DNA of 64,000 nt from an uncultured Clostridia bacterium. GTDB lineage: Bacteria; Bacillota; Clostridia; Christensenellales; UBA1242. The number at the start of each line of letters is the position of its first letter. The first letter of the stretch is position 1. Positions 43,830 through 56,200 of the stretch are shown in pieces. The DNA lies in contig CAKVMI010000001.1 of the NCBI GenBank assembly GCA_934772525.1, forward strand, positions 54,613 to 118,612. The letters run 5' to 3'. The translations under genes and the position numbers were made by a program. The notes beneath the pieces were generated by a model. That model was not told the origin of the DNA. It was given only the letters and a program-made list of their open reading frames with translations, and searched no databases.

Positions 43830-45662
43830 TTATTGTTCTTGTTGTTTTCTCTTGAAGTCCATTCTTCCACGTTGAGTGTGGTCTAGAATAGTTTTTCTCA
43901 TTCTTAAACTTAATGGAGTAACTTCCAAAAGTTCGTCTTCATCTAGATATTCTAAGAATTCTTCAAGTGTTGGTTTTTTAACTGGTTCTAGTCTTAGTGC
44001 TTCATCACTAGAACTTGAACGTGTGTTTGTTAAATGTTTCTTTTTGCAAACGTTAACAACGATATCATCACCTTTTGGGTTAAATCCAACAACCATACCG
44101 CCATAAACTTTATCACCTGGAACAACTATAAGTTTACCACGTTCTTGAATATTGTATAGTCCGTATTGTACTGCTTCACCTTCTTCAAATGCAACCAACG
44201 CACCAACATTTCTACGGGTAATTGTACCTTTGTATGGCTGATATTCTTTGAATGTGCTACTCATAATACCTTCACCACGTGTTTCGGTCATAAATTGAGA
44301 TTTGTAACCAAATAGGCCACGTGCTGGCATTATAAATGTAAGTTTTGCTCTACCATTTCTAGTTTTTAAATCTGCAAGTTCACCCTTTCTAGTTGAAAGC
44401 GAATTAATAATTGAACCAGCACAGTCTTCCGGAACGTCTACAACAACTTCTTCAATAGGTTCGCACTTAACGCCATCAATTTCTTTAATTAAAACTCTTG
44501 GCATACTAACTTGCATTTCGTAACCATCTCTACGCATATTTTCAATTAAAATTGAGATATGCATTTCGCCACGACCTAAAACTCTAAAGCTATCGGCAGA
44601 ATCGGTGTCGTAAACTTTTAAACTTAAATCTTTAACGGCTTCTTTGTATAATCTTTCACGTAAGTGACGAGATGTACAGAATTTTCCTTCTCTTCCAGCA
44701 AATGGACTGCTGTTTACAGAAAATACCATTTCTACGCTAGGTTCGCTGATTTTTACAAATGGGATAGTGTTAACACTGCCAATATTTGAAAGTGAATCAC
44801 CTATTGTGACACTGTCAGTACCAGCAATACAAACAATTTCACCAGCACTTGCACTTTTTACTGGTATTCTTTTTAGACCGCTGTATACAAATAAGTTTTG
44901 TACTTTGAATTGTGTGTTTTTGTTTTGGTCGAAGTAGTTTGTTATAACGATGTTGTCGTTTACATTGATTGTACCGTTTTCAATTTTACCAACGGCTAGT
45001 TTACCTAAAAAGTCATTTTGTTCTACCGAACTTACTAGCATATTAAATTTTGCAGTAGCGTCACCACTAGGAGCTGGGATATGAGAAAGAATTGTTTCAA
45101 ATAGTGGGATAAAGTCGGTGCCAGTTACTTCTGGGTCAGTAGAAGATACTCCACTCCTTGCAGAAGCATATACAAATGGGCTGTCTAATTGGTCGTCGGT
45201 TGCATCTAAATCCATTAATAATTCTAATACTTCGTCTTTAACTTCTAAAATTCTAGCGTCCTTTCTATCAATTTTATTGATAACTACTATTACCTTTAAG
45301 TTTAGTTCTAGTGCTTTTTGTAATACAAAACGGGTTTGTGGCATTGGACCTTCAAATGCATCAACTACCAAAAGTACGCCATCAACCATTTTTAAAACAC
45401 GTTCAACTTCGCCACCAAAGTCTGCGTGACCTGGGGTATCTACTACATTAATTTTTGTATCTTTATATGTAAAACTTGCATTTTTACTTAAAATTGTAAT
45501 ACCTCTTTCACGTTCAAGGGCATTACTATCCATAACTCTGTCTTCAACTTCTTGATTTTCTCTAAATGCACCACCTTGTTTTAACATTTCGTTAACCAAA
45601 CTGGTTTTACCATGGTCTACATGGGCTATAATTGCTATATTTCTAATTTTAATATCACTCAT
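43830..45662 (-). CDS. typA: Translational GTPase TypA/BipA
   Basis: [30 protein letters not shown] and NKIDR motifs; 610 aa. Confidence 0.9.
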   Translation of the reverse strand: MSDIKIRNIAIIAHVDHGKTSLVNEMLKQGGAFRENQEVEDRVMDSNALERERGITILSKNASFTYKDTKINVVDTPGHADFGGEVERVLKMVDGVLLVVDAFEGPMPQTRFVLQKALELNLKVIVVINKIDRKDARILEVKDEVLELLMDLDATDDQLDSPFVYASARSGVSSTDPEVTGTDFIPLFETILSHIPAPSGDATAKFNMLVSSVEQNDFLGKLAVGKIENGTINVNDNIVITNYFDQNKNTQFKVQNLFVYSGLKRIPVKSASAGEIVCIAGTDSVTIGDSLSNIGSVNTIPFVKISEPSVEMVFSVNSSPFAGREGKFCTSRHLRERLYKEAVKDLSLKVYDTDSADSFRVLGRGEMHISILIENMRRDGYEMQVSMPRVLIKEIDGVKCEPIEEVVVDVPEDCAGSIINSLSTRKGELADLKTRNGRAKLTFIMPARGLFGYKSQFMTETRGEGIMSSTFKEYQPYKGTITRRNVGALVAFEEGEAVQYGLYNIQERGKLIVVPGDKVYGGMVVGFNPKGDDIVVNVCKKKHLTNTRSSSSDEALRLEPVKKPTLEEFLEYLDEDELLEVTPLSLRMRKTILDHTQRGRMDFKRKQQEQ

Positions 45663-45706
45663 ATTTTCTCCTTAAAAAGAACGGGAGTATCCCCGCGCTT
45701 AAATTG

Positions 45707-46657
45707 TTAATTTGTTTGTAATCGCAAATCGTCACCCGTTAGTGCAATTTGCAAAGAATTAATTTTACTAAAAATTCTACTATATATTCTTTCCCCGTAT
45801 CTGTCTAATAAATCATTAGGCGTTAGGTTAGATGTAATTATTGTTCGCTTTTTATGTAGATTGCGTTCGGTGATTACAACTCCTAAATATTCACGAGTTA
45901 CATTTTTAAATAATGGCTCGGTGCCAAGGTCGTCAATAATTAGCAAGTCGGGGTCTAGTAGGGCAGATAAAATGTTTGATTTATCCTTATCAAATGAGCC
46001 ATGATAATTTAAAAATATGTTGTTCATTTGAAATGCAGACACTATATTTACATAAACATATTTTCTAATAAGTGAACTTGCAATACATTGTGTGAAAAAT
46101 GTTTTACCCGTTCCCGTTTCGCCATATATATAAATATTTTCATATTTAGTATCACGAAATTTGCTCACATATTGTTCGCCAAGTTTCTTTAACTTTGAGA
46201 GCGATTGTTGTTGCTTTTTTGTTGGGGCAACGCTTTCATCAAAATCTTTAAATGTTTTTAATTCTTTATAATTAATTCCGTTTGAACGCAAGATACGTTT
46301 TGTAAGTTCGGTTTTATAACAATTGCATGGATGTCCGTTATAAACGCCAGAATCTTGACAAGTTTTACATAAATAGTTTGGTTCTAAGTCTTCGGGAGTA
46401 AGGTTTAACTTTTTCAATAAAGATATTTGAGTCGTTTTTAGTTTGTTTAATTCTTCTTCATCTTGAAGGGTGTCAATTTTATCACACTTTTTCTTCGCAA
46501 TCAAGTAATTTAATTGATTTATCTTTAAATAGTTTGAGTTAAATTTTTTGTCCGTCCTTGCAACTGCCAAATTTCTTTCAGCGGTTTGCTTGGCTTTTAG
46601 TACTCTATTTATATAAAGTGCTTTTAACTCACTTTTAATCTCTTGTAAACTTTGCAT
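45707..46657 (-). CDS. dnaI: Primosomal helicase loader DnaI (DnaC-like AAA+)
   Basis: Zn-finger-like CKTCQDSGVYNGHPCNC, Walker A YGETGTGKTF and Walker B LLIIDDLG. Located downstream of a DnaB/DnaD-type gene. Confidence 0.8.
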   Translation of the reverse strand: MQSLQEIKSELKALYINRVLKAKQTAERNLAVARTDKKFNSNYLKINQLNYLIAKKKCDKIDTLQDEEELNKLKTTQISLLKKLNLTPEDLEPNYLCKTCQDSGVYNGHPCNCYKTELTKRILRSNGINYKELKTFKDFDESVAPTKKQQQSLSKLKKLGEQYVSKFRDTKYENIYIYGETGTGKTFFTQCIASSLIRKYVYVNIVSAFQMNNIFLNYHGSFDKDKSNILSALLDPDLLIIDDLGTEPLFKNVTREYLGVVITERNLHKKRTIITSNLTPNDLLDRYGERIYSRIFSKINSLQIALTGDDLRLQTN

Positions 46658-46668
46658 ATTTCACACTC

Positions 46669-48141
46669 CTATATCTCGATATTGTCTAAGTTGTCAAATA
46701 GTGCATTTAAGTCTTTACCTTTATAATCTCTTGTGGTAGAAGGTATGTAACTATCTTTTGACTTGGCTTTTGTAGATTTAGTTTTGGAAGTGTTATTTGT
46801 TATAAAGGTTTCTGCATCTTTTAAGGTTTCAATCTTGTTTTCATGAAGAAGTGATAGTAATTTATTCATCTGTTGCATTGGTTGAATTTTGTCACTACAA
46901 TTTTTTGCAACGAGCATAATTATATCGTGAGAAAATCCCCAAACTGAAGTCCAAGTTTTATAACTTTCTCTGTCCCAAGTATTTACTAATCGGTCTATAT
47001 TTAATGCATCCAAAACCTCTTTTATTAAGTTGTCGGTAGAAATTAGTCCATCAATATATTGATTGATTGAAGTAGATGAAATTAAACCTAACTTATAAAA
47101 CTTTAAGATAGTTGTATTCATTCCTTCAATTGTTCTAGTAGAAGATTTTAAACAGTACACAGAAATGGTTTTAAGTGTTTCGGGGTCAAATCCTTTTGCT
47201 ATCCAGTCTAATATATAGTTTTCAACAATGGTGTCATAATTATCATACCTTAAACCAATAGTGTGGGTTATATCTTTTGCAAGGGTAATGTATTTTTCAC
47301 GATTTTCGTTATATTCGTTAATTTCTTTGGTACTTAGTAATTTATGGTCATAATAATCGGTTAGAATAGTATTAAGTAATGCAATGCTTGGATTTTTGCC
47401 CTTTATAGATTTTGCAACATCTTTGATTGTTCCGTGTGTAAAACCAAATTCTTTTGTCCACTTTATGTAATTATTTCTATCATCAAGTGTAATAACAGTC
47501 TTTTTGCCAAATGCCTTGATAATATCCATAAGTTCGGGTGTGACTTCTTGGTGTTCTTCTAACTTTTGTTTTACTTGTTCTAAAGAATATAAACCTTCGT
47601 CCATAAAACTCTTACAGACGGTAATAATATATGGGTAACCAACTTTGCCACCTTTTAGTTTTACGCAGTATGATGCGATTTCAATAAGTGCATCGGCGTC
47701 TAAATGCATACTTTCAATTAAGGTATAGTATTCATTATATTCGGTTGGAGTAATCATTCGTTCGTTTATGACTGCTTGTAACTTACTATTAAAATCTGTG
47801 TATTTATCTTTTCTGATTTTGCTAGAGCCAACCCGTTTTGCTACTGGAAGGTACTTAATTTCTAGATTGTTACCACTGCCATTTTCTAAAATTTGAACAA
47901 GTCCTTCGCCTTGCCAATATTCAAATAGGTCTTTTAGTTCTTTAACTGAAATATTTAAAACATGACAAATGTTTTCAACCGAATTTTCGATTGAATTTGG
48001 ATTGGTACACATACTTAGCCCATATAAATACACCTTTACACACATGTCTGGAGCGTATGGAAGATACTCATTTATAAAGGTATTTTCTATAACCAAAAAC
48101 GAACCAGAGTGTGTAGAAGCAGAGTAAGAACAGAAAGACAT
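46669..48141 (-). CDS. Replication initiation/membrane attachment protein (Bacillus DnaB / DnaD-domain family)
   Basis: About 490 aa, directly upstream of dnaI as in Bacillus dnaB-dnaI, with repeated DnaD-like segments. Start moved to the ATG at 48141. Confidence 0.55.
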   Translation of the reverse strand: MSFCSYSASTHSGSFLVIENTFINEYLPYAPDMCVKVYLYGLSMCTNPNSIENSVENICHVLNISVKELKDLFEYWQGEGLVQILENGSGNNLEIKYLPVAKRVGSSKIRKDKYTDFNSKLQAVINERMITPTEYNEYYTLIESMHLDADALIEIASYCVKLKGGKVGYPYIITVCKSFMDEGLYSLEQVKQKLEEHQEVTPELMDIIKAFGKKTVITLDDRNNYIKWTKEFGFTHGTIKDVAKSIKGKNPSIALLNTILTDYYDHKLLSTKEINEYNENREKYITLAKDITHTIGLRYDNYDTIVENYILDWIAKGFDPETLKTISVYCLKSSTRTIEGMNTTILKFYKLGLISSTSINQYIDGLISTDNLIKEVLDALNIDRLVNTWDRESYKTWTSVWGFSHDIIMLVAKNCSDKIQPMQQMNKLLSLLHENKIETLKDAETFITNNTSKTKSTKAKSKDSYIPSTTRDYKGKDLNALFDNLDNIEI

Positions 48142-48249
48142 AATTTTACCCCAAATTTGTTTGCAATATTTTTTAAAATTTAATATAATAATATCATTAA
48201 TTGGGGGAATATTCAAGTTAATTTTAAAATTTTTAGGAGATTTAAGGAA

Positions 48250-49440
48250 TTGAAAATTTTACACACATCTGATTGGCACTTAGGTGCAAAGACAGACCGA
48301 CGCAGTAGGCTTGCCGAACAAAGAAAAGTTTTAAACGAAATTATATCTGTTTGCGATAGAGAAGCGGTAGATATTGTTTTAATTGCGGGAGATATTTACG
48401 ATCAAGCAGTTCCTACAAGTGAAGCAGAAGATTTATTTTTTGATACGCTAGAAAAATTGACGGATAATGGAGATAGGGTAGTTATAGTTTCTGCGGGAAA
48501 TCATGATGACCCAAAGCGTATAATGGCAAATAAGTATTTTGCAAAGAAGCACAATATTGTACTTGCTGGAGATTTGCATCCAGTAACCGATGTTAAACGC
48601 GGTTCTAGAGCAAAAATAACTTGCACCGAACACGGAACTATAAAGGTTGAAATAGAAGGTAGAGAAAAAACCGAAACTGCGTGGTTTGGTCTTTTACCAT
48701 ACCCTACAGAATATCGAATTGCTGAAAAAAGCAATGCGGATACCTATTCTAAAAAGGTTGGCGAATGGGCAAGTTTAGTTTGTACAGATTTTAATAAAAA
48801 GGACTTTTGTTGTATTGTATCACACTTTACTGCAGTGGGTGCTGAATACGAAGAAGTTGGCAAGTTTAGAAGAATTTCAATAAATGAATCGGGTGTTGTA
48901 AATTTATCCGATTTACCAAGGGCGGACTATTATGCTTTGGGTCACTTGCATTCCGAGCAAAGACTTGGCAGTTGTGCGTATTATTCGGGTGCTCCTTTAA
49001 AATTATCTTATATTCAAAAAACTACTAGTGTGAATTTGCTTGATGTAGATAATGGAAAATTGAAAAGTGTAGAACAAATAAACTTAGTATCCCCAGTAAA
49101 AATGGAAAAAGTTTGTGCGGTGGGTCTTGAAAACGTAGCGGAAGAATTGCAATATTTTTCTACCGAAGATATTGTGGAACTTACTATAGTTCAAGATAAG
49201 CCACTTCTATCTACCGAAATTAAGGGTATTAAAGAGCGCTATCCTTGCGTGCAACAAATTAAGTTGATGCTTACAAATATGGCAAAGGATAACGAGATTT
49301 ATATAAATAATCGTGATAAACTAGAACCTAAGGAATTGTTTGAAAACTTTTATAAACAAGTTAAGGGTGTTGCACCTAGTCAAAAAATTGTTAGTTTGTT
49401 TGTAGAACTTATGGAGGAAACAGATAGTGAAACCAATTAA
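48250..49440 (+). CDS. sbcD: SbcD/Mre11-family nuclease
   Basis: ILHTSDWHLG, AGDIYD, GNHD and GHLH phosphoesterase motifs. TTG start. Confidence 0.85.
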   Translation: MKILHTSDWHLGAKTDRRSRLAEQRKVLNEIISVCDREAVDIVLIAGDIYDQAVPTSEAEDLFFDTLEKLTDNGDRVVIVSAGNHDDPKRIMANKYFAKKHNIVLAGDLHPVTDVKRGSRAKITCTEHGTIKVEIEGREKTETAWFGLLPYPTEYRIAEKSNADTYSKKVGEWASLVCTDFNKKDFCCIVSHFTAVGAEYEEVGKFRRISINESGVVNLSDLPRADYYALGHLHSEQRLGSCAYYSGAPLKLSYIQKTTSVNLLDVDNGKLKSVEQINLVSPVKMEKVCAVGLENVAEELQYFSTEDIVELTIVQDKPLLSTEIKGIKERYPCVQQIKLMLTNMAKDNEIYINNRDKLEPKELFENFYKQVKGVAPSQKIVSLFVELMEETDSETN

Positions 49441-52400
49441 ATTAACCATAGAAGGTTTAAATAGTTTTGTAGCAAAACAAGAACTTGATTTTTCTAAACT
49501 TGGTGATTCTGCAATTTTTGGAATTTTCGGTCAAACTGGCTCGGGTAAATCTACTGTGCTAGATGCTATTTGTTTAGCTCTTTTTGGTAATGTTGAAAGA
49601 AGTAAATCAAATGTAGATTTTATAAATTTAAAAACAAAGTTTACTAGAGTTGAATTTTACTTTGAATACACAGAAAAAAATAAGACCAAACTAATAAAGG
49701 TTTTAAGAGAATACAGACTTTCAAGAAGCAGTGATGTAACTCAAAAGGCTCAAGTTTTCGAAGTCGAAAAATCGGGCGAAAAAATGCTTATGGAAGGTCC
49801 AACTAAAGTTGATGCGTACCTAAAAGAATTGATAGGATTAACTCAAAATGAATTTTCTAAATGTGTAGCGTTACCACAAGGGGAGTTTGCTGGATTTTTA
49901 AAGGCAAAGCCTAACGAAAGAATAAATATTATTGGCGGTATATTTGATCTAAATAAATACGGCGAACCACTTTGGGAAAAGGCGAGAGCAAGGGCGACTA
50001 AAACTCAAGCAGAACTTGCAAACATCAAAACAAAAATTGAAATACTAGGCGACATTAATGATGCCTTGATGGATAAAAAAGTTGCCGAGTTTAAGCAACT
50101 TGAGAAAAATATTGCTGAAAACAAAGAAATGATTGAAAAAAGCACCGAAACTCTTGGCAAAGAAAGAGATTTAGCAAAAGCAAGTAAAGAACTTGAAGAA
50201 GTTGAAAGTATGTTAAAAAACCTTGCTACAAGTGGTGCGGATATTTCAGATAAGAAGCAGAAAATTGCAAAAGCACGTGCTATTCAAGATAATTCTGTTT
50301 TGATTGATACGGTTAATACTTTAAATAAAACTATAAACGAAGAAGAATCTAATATTGATAAGTTAAATACTGAACTAGATTCAAAAAGCGAAAGTTCTAA
50401 AAAAGAGATTGCTCAAAATGAGATAAATATTGAAAATTTAAGAAATGAAAGCAATAATCTTTCTGAAAAAAGGAACGCTTGGTCGGTTGCAAATTCTATT
50501 CGTACCGAATTAAAATCTTTACATGAACAAGAATCCATTTTAATTAGTAAACTTTCAGAACTTGATATAGCAAAAACCGATGCCGTACAAGAAAAAGAAG
50601 AAAACGAAAAAAGATTAGAGATATTAAAGTCAGATTACGATAAAGAGAAAAAACGCATACAAGATTTGGAAGAAAGGCTTGTAGGATACTATGATGTGTC
50701 TAGTTATACCTTTTATGTAAAAGAAAGGGAAGCAGTTGATAATTACATTAAATATATCGACTTATTGGTTAAGGGCGCAATCAATTTAAAGGCAAATTCT
50801 AATAGCAAAGTAAATGACTGCACAAAAGAAATCAATAAAGCGGTTGCCGAACTTAAAAAGTTAAGAAAGGAAGCACTTGGAGGTAATACAAAACTAGATA
50901 TAAATTCAAAGACTCCAATACTTGTAGACGCAATTAACAATTTAGTTATATTACTAAGCAAATTAAATATAACTGAAGAATACATCAAAAACTTAGTCGA
51001 TCGTGAAGACGAGTATAATAGAGAAAATCTAATTCGTAATAAAAAAGTACAACTAGCAGTTACCGCTTTAAATAAAGAAAAAATAACAAAGTCAGACGCT
51101 TTACAAAAAATTGAAAGTTTACAACGAGATATTGAAAATTTGGAAAAGCAACGAGTAGATGCAATATGTAATAATAGTGTTGCGGAATTTTCTGAAAAGT
51201 ACAAAATAGGTGATACTTGTCCTATTTGTAATAATGAAATATTGACAAAAAATGTGCTTGCAAAGCTAGATGTAATTGTTATAGAAAAGGAAATTGAGAA
51301 GCAAAAGAAGGAACTTGCAAAACAAAACAAGCAAGCTGAACTTAGTACCGAAATTATTGCACAATTATCAAAAGAAATAGAAGACCAAAATGAAGAAATG
51401 TCTTACAATAATGATTCTATTACTGCAATAGAGTTAGAAATTACTTCAAAGTGTTCTAAACTTTTAAATAAAAAGAATGCAAGACCTGCGGACATTAGCA
51501 TAGTTCAACTTCAACTAAAAGAAGATATTGTAAAACTAGAAGAACAAAGAAAACTAGAAAATGAAAAATTAGAAAGGATTGCCGAACTAGAATCTGAAAA
51601 AAATAAATATAATAGCATATTTATTGCAAGCAGTGATAAGCTAGATGACTACAACGAATTAAGCAAGTCCATAAATGACTTTAAGTCTAAAATAGATGCT
51701 GAAATTAGTTTTGTAACTCAAGGAACGGATATTGAAGTTAGAATTGAAGAGTTGAACAAACTTCAAAAGCAGAAAAAAGATAGCGAAATTAGTGCTAACC
51801 AGTTGCATAATAGCATTGTAGAAGTAAATGAAATAATTAAAAAATTAGCAGAAACCTATTCTGCGGTTACTGCCGAAGCCGATTTAAAGCAAGAAGCGTT
51901 GAAAAAGTTAAATAAAGACATCAAGTTTAAGTCTAGTCAAGTAGAGCAATTTAGTGATATTAAATCTTTCGATAAAGAAATTAACAAAGCCGAAATTAGA
52001 ATGGCGGTAATTGAAAAAGAGATAAACCTAAACACTATAAATATTGATAAGTTAAGACAAATTAATGCTGAAATTACTTCTAAAATTGCAAATGCTAATA
52101 TGCTACTAAGTGAACATAAGAGTTTAAGAAATGGAACTCTTGATAGTTTAATGACATCACTAAATGCTGTTGGTATAGAAAATTTTGATGATATACCTAG
52201 TTGTAAACTTGCAAGTGAAGATATAAAAACGCTTGAGAACTTTACCAATAATTATGACGGCAATGTTGCTGTTTTATTAAAGCGAAAGGAAGATCTAGAA
52301 AAGATTTTAGGTGGCAAGGTCGTTGACCCAATACTTATCGCAAATATTGAAACAACGCTTGAAAATACTACAACTGTTATGAATCAACGAATTGCAGAAA

Positions 52401-52999
52401 GTGGTAAATTAAAGTCCGAAATTGAAGTGTTAAATGAACAATTGAAGCAATTAAAAGAATTGAAGGATATTGAAAATGCATTGACTGCAAATTATAATAT
52501 TCAAAGTGAACTTTGCGATTCATTGCGTGGTAAAGCTTTGGTTGAATTTGTTGCAGAAGAGTTTATGGATGATATCACATATATGGCAAGTGAAAAACTT
52601 GTAGACTTAATGGATGGTAGATACATATTAAAGTACGAAAACAAAGACTTTATTGTTGTAGATAACTTTAATAATGGTGAAGAGCGTAGTGCAAGAACGC
52701 TTTCGGGCGGTGAATTGTTTGTAGTGAGTTTGGCACTAGCACTATCTATATCGGATGCTTTACTAAGTAAATCGGATAAGCGTTTAGATTTCTTCTTCTT
52801 GGATGAAGGTTTTGGTACACTAGATAAAGATTATTGTGAATATATTATATCAGCACTTAATAAACTAGCAAATAAAAATATGACAATCGGTCTTATTTCA
52901 CATATACCAGAACTTCAAGAAAGAATACAGAAAAAGTTTATTATTACAAAGGCTACAAATGAGTCGGGCTCTATTGTAAAATTGGTAAGAGAAGTTTAG
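49427..52999 (+). CDS. sbcC: SbcC/Rad50-family ATPase (1190 aa)
   Basis: Walker A GQTGSGKST, long coiled coils, a zinc hook CPICN near nt 51225, signature LSGGELF and Walker B FFFLDEGFGTLD. Confidence 0.85.
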   Translation: MKPIKLTIEGLNSFVAKQELDFSKLGDSAIFGIFGQTGSGKSTVLDAICLALFGNVERSKSNVDFINLKTKFTRVEFYFEYTEKNKTKLIKVLREYRLSRSSDVTQKAQVFEVEKSGEKMLMEGPTKVDAYLKELIGLTQNEFSKCVALPQGEFAGFLKAKPNERINIIGGIFDLNKYGEPLWEKARARATKTQAELANIKTKIEILGDINDALMDKKVAEFKQLEKNIAENKEMIEKSTETLGKERDLAKASKELEEVESMLKNLATSGADISDKKQKIAKARAIQDNSVLIDTVNTLNKTINEEESNIDKLNTELDSKSESSKKEIAQNEINIENLRNESNNLSEKRNAWSVANSIRTELKSLHEQESILISKLSELDIAKTDAVQEKEENEKRLEILKSDYDKEKKRIQDLEERLVGYYDVSSYTFYVKEREAVDNYIKYIDLLVKGAINLKANSNSKVNDCTKEINKAVAELKKLRKEALGGNTKLDINSKTPILVDAINNLVILLSKLNITEEYIKNLVDREDEYNRENLIRNKKVQLAVTALNKEKITKSDALQKIESLQRDIENLEKQRVDAICNNSVAEFSEKYKIGDTCPICNNEILTKNVLAKLDVIVIEKEIEKQKKELAKQNKQAELSTEIIAQLSKEIEDQNEEMSYNNDSITAIELEITSKCSKLLNKKNARPADISIVQLQLKEDIVKLEEQRKLENEKLERIAELESEKNKYNSIFIASSDKLDDYNELSKSINDFKSKIDAEISFVTQGTDIEVRIEELNKLQKQKKDSEISANQLHNSIVEVNEIIKKLAETYSAVTAEADLKQEALKKLNKDIKFKSSQVEQFSDIKSFDKEINKAEIRMAVIEKEINLNTINIDKLRQINAEITSKIANANMLLSEHKSLRNGTLDSLMTSLNAVGIENFDDIPSCKLASEDIKTLENFTNNYDGNVAVLLKRKEDLEKILGGKVVDPILIANIETTLENTTTVMNQRIAESGKLKSEIEVLNEQLKQLKELKDIENALTANYNIQSELCDSLRGKALVEFVAEEFMDDITYMASEKLVDLMDGRYILKYENKDFIVVDNFNNGEERSARTLSGGELFVVSLALALSISDALLSKSDKRLDFFFLDEGFGTLDKDYCEYIISALNKLANKNMTIGLISHIPELQERIQKKFIITKATNESGSIVKLVREV

Positions 53000-53030
53000 T
53001 AAATAAAAACATAATTCACATTTTTAAAAA

Positions 53031-53065
53031 CCCTAATCGTTAAAAAATGATTGGGGTATTTTTTT
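53031..53065 (+). terminator. Terminator after sbcC
   Basis: Stem CCCTAATC / GATTGGGG followed by a T-run. Confidence 0.6.
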
Positions 53066-53290
53066 GTTTTAATTTGCTTTAGAGTGATTATATTAAATCA
53101 GTGCAATAAAATATATTGACGAAATGTACAAATGTAACAAACTTTAAATTTTAGTAGATTTAAAAATGCAAAAAAGTTTGTTGATTTTTACACAACTTGC
53201 GTTGTTTTTATTTGACTAAATATTTTAAATTAGTATATACTATTTATGACTAAAAATATCATTTTAATTAATTTCAGGAAAGATACATAT

Positions 53291-56200
53291 ATGGATGAAA
53301 TAAAAGGAAGTACGCCTAGTAGTGCCGATGAAATGGTACAAACCCTAGATGGACGAATTGTAAATAAAAAGTCAATTAAAAACGGCGAAATTTACATAAA
53401 CTCACAAGGTAAAAAAGTCAGAAAGGTAATAAAAAAGGTTGTAAGGTCTACCGCAAATGCTGGTGGCAATACTTTAGGTGGCGAAAAAACAGAACCCCGA
53501 GAACAAGCAAAGGTTGAAGAAAAGCCAGAAAGTGTTAAGTCAGTTGCAACTGAAACAACTCCAAGTGAAGAACCAAAACTTGAACCATTAAGAACGGAAA
53601 GTGAAGTTGGTCAAAAGATAGTTACCGAGGATGATGCAGATTTTAGATCTAGAATAGGTGCTCGTCACTCATTTTTAGCTAGAATGGAAAGCGGTCAAAG
53701 TATTTCTACTCCAACAATGGGTGGAGCAAAATTATCCGGGGCGGAGAGAAGTCAAATAACCAATTCTACAAATAGCACTAGCACTAATTATTCGGGTAAA
53801 GGAAAAGGTAAAAACAGAAATAAAAACGGCGAAGAAGAAATTGTAACCGATAAAAGCGTATCCGAACTAGAGCAAGCCGTAATGGATGAAAACTACAACG
53901 AAAGTATAGGAAAAAATGGTCAGAATGCGTCGGGTGGTAGGTCTAGTAGTGTAAGTGGTAAAGCAAGTAATCCAATGGGTAGTGTTTTGAATAACCCATT
54001 ATCTAATGCCGATAATGCTTTGGCTCGTGGGCTTGCTGGGTCTTATTCGCTAGCGACTCCTAAAACTACTACAACTGTACCGCTTGCAAAACCTAAGAAG
54101 AAGAAAATTAAAAAACATATCAATATGTGGATACCAGCGTCTGTAATTGCTGCTATTTACATCATTTGTTGCGGTTTCTATTTTATAAAAAATTATAATT
54201 TTAGCGATAAGACGGTACAAGTTGGTGAATACTTTTTAAATGTTGGAACCAATAGTAAAACGGAGTATTATGACGGCGAGAGATTTAACTTTTATGAATT
54301 GATGATGACATATAATTATGGCGATGAAAATGTTAAAAATGTTGATATGAGTAAAGTTAATTTAACCACTCGTGCAAATACTCAAACCACTATGGGTTAC
54401 ACTTTAAAAGATGGTTATATTAGTGCAAGATGGGAAGGCGATTATCAAAACGCAACTAAGCGAACAGTTAATGTAGAATTTAGATACGGCAACGAAGTTG
54501 GCTACATTCCAGTAACTATATATAGAAACAGATTGCAAAGTTTATCTGGTCAAGGTGCAATAGTCGCAGACCCTATAACAAAACAAGTAAGTGTATTAAT
54601 TTGGGGTAACTATACAAACGAATTAGTAGAAAGAAAGGGCATAGTTTTACAACCTAGAAAACTTACAGCAGACGAGTATAGTTTGGTTTTATATAGTGAA
54701 AGTGGAAGTCGTTTAGGTTCGCCAGTTCTTATAACAAATACAGACGAAACTTCGTTAAATATTGATAAATACCAATTGACCAATTCACAATTTGAAAACT
54801 TTACAAGAGTAGAAGTTGTTTCTACATCTAATAAAAATATCAAGAGTGATATATATAAGCAATTCTCAACCCGAGCATTTACCGATGTTGAGGGTGTAAA
54901 AGAAGACCCAGTTGGATTTAAAGTTGTAGAATGGAACACTGGAATTGATTTAAACTCTGCTGATGGTGTTAAAGTTTCTTTAAATGATTCATTTAAGTTT
55001 AAAATAGAATTAGATAAAGAGAATGGATATTACTTTGATAATTTAAAAATTACTTATAGTATAGCCGGCGGAAAATATTACGAAATTGGTGCGGAAAATA
55101 CTTTTGAAGTAGAAGATATAAATGGTGAAGTAGAAACATTTTATAGTATCCCAAGAAAAAATATTACTGGGGACATAAAGATTTGTGTAGTAGGCGTAAC
55201 TAACTTGTATCCAGTTAGATTTATGTACTTAAATAATGAAGGAAATTATGTTGAATACACAAATAGCGATGCGCTAAATCCTGTTCCAGTAAACGTAAGA
55301 TATGGCGAAATTAAAACAACAATGATTAAAAATGCAGATAATTATAGCGGTCATACTTTTGCGGGTTGGAGAGAAGCGGACAATCTAACAACTAATCCAG
55401 ACGAAGTTCACTATGTTAGTGAAAGCGTAAAATCGTTTGCTACTGGTGAATCATTTGGTGCGGTAGATGGAAAATATAGAGCAAGATATTTCTATGCTCA
55501 ATACAACTTAAATAATTACACAGTGAATCTTTTGGGTAATGGCTTTACATTAAATGGTGTTATAAACCATACCGAACAAGCTCGTGAAAATGTAAATATT
55601 AATTTTGATACTACATCAAGTTATACCTTCCTAGAAGGAGATACATTTGTATTCACAATAGGTAAAAACGATAGTTCGTTAGAAGTTACAAAACTTGCAT
55701 GTAAGTTGAGTAATGGTCAATGGCAAGAGTATTCTCCAAATAAAACGAATGGACAATATACAATTAGAATTGACGGAACAAATAGAATTACCGATATTCA
55801 TATTTCTTCGACTTATAAAGTTGTTTCTGCTACCGACTTTATTGAAAGCATTACGTTACAAGATAAAAATGGTGAATTAATTGCAGATACTGAAGGAAAT
55901 TCTCTAAATACAATATCTACAAGTTACAATACATTGGCGGATATGTACTATATTGTAATTGCCATGAAAAATAACATTTTAATCGGCGGAGAAGCAGGAC
56001 ATCCAGAGTTTGAAGGACTAACATTTGTTGAAGTTGATGAAAGTGGTGCGTATAAATATAGCATTATAGAAAAAGATTTAAAGAATTTGAATTTGGTTCC
56101 AACAAATGTTACAACTAAAATTTTGGTAGTAAAATCTAACGAAGGATTTAATATTGTTGGACTAGATGAAGATAATCTTATTAAGATAAGTAACTTCAAT

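Noticed and set aside
50743-51330. 195-aa minus-strand ORF inside sbcC (and a similar one at 51937-52248).
   Set aside because: Antisense shadow of the sbcC coiled-coil region. The repetitive F/S/L composition mirrors the K/E-rich sense strand.
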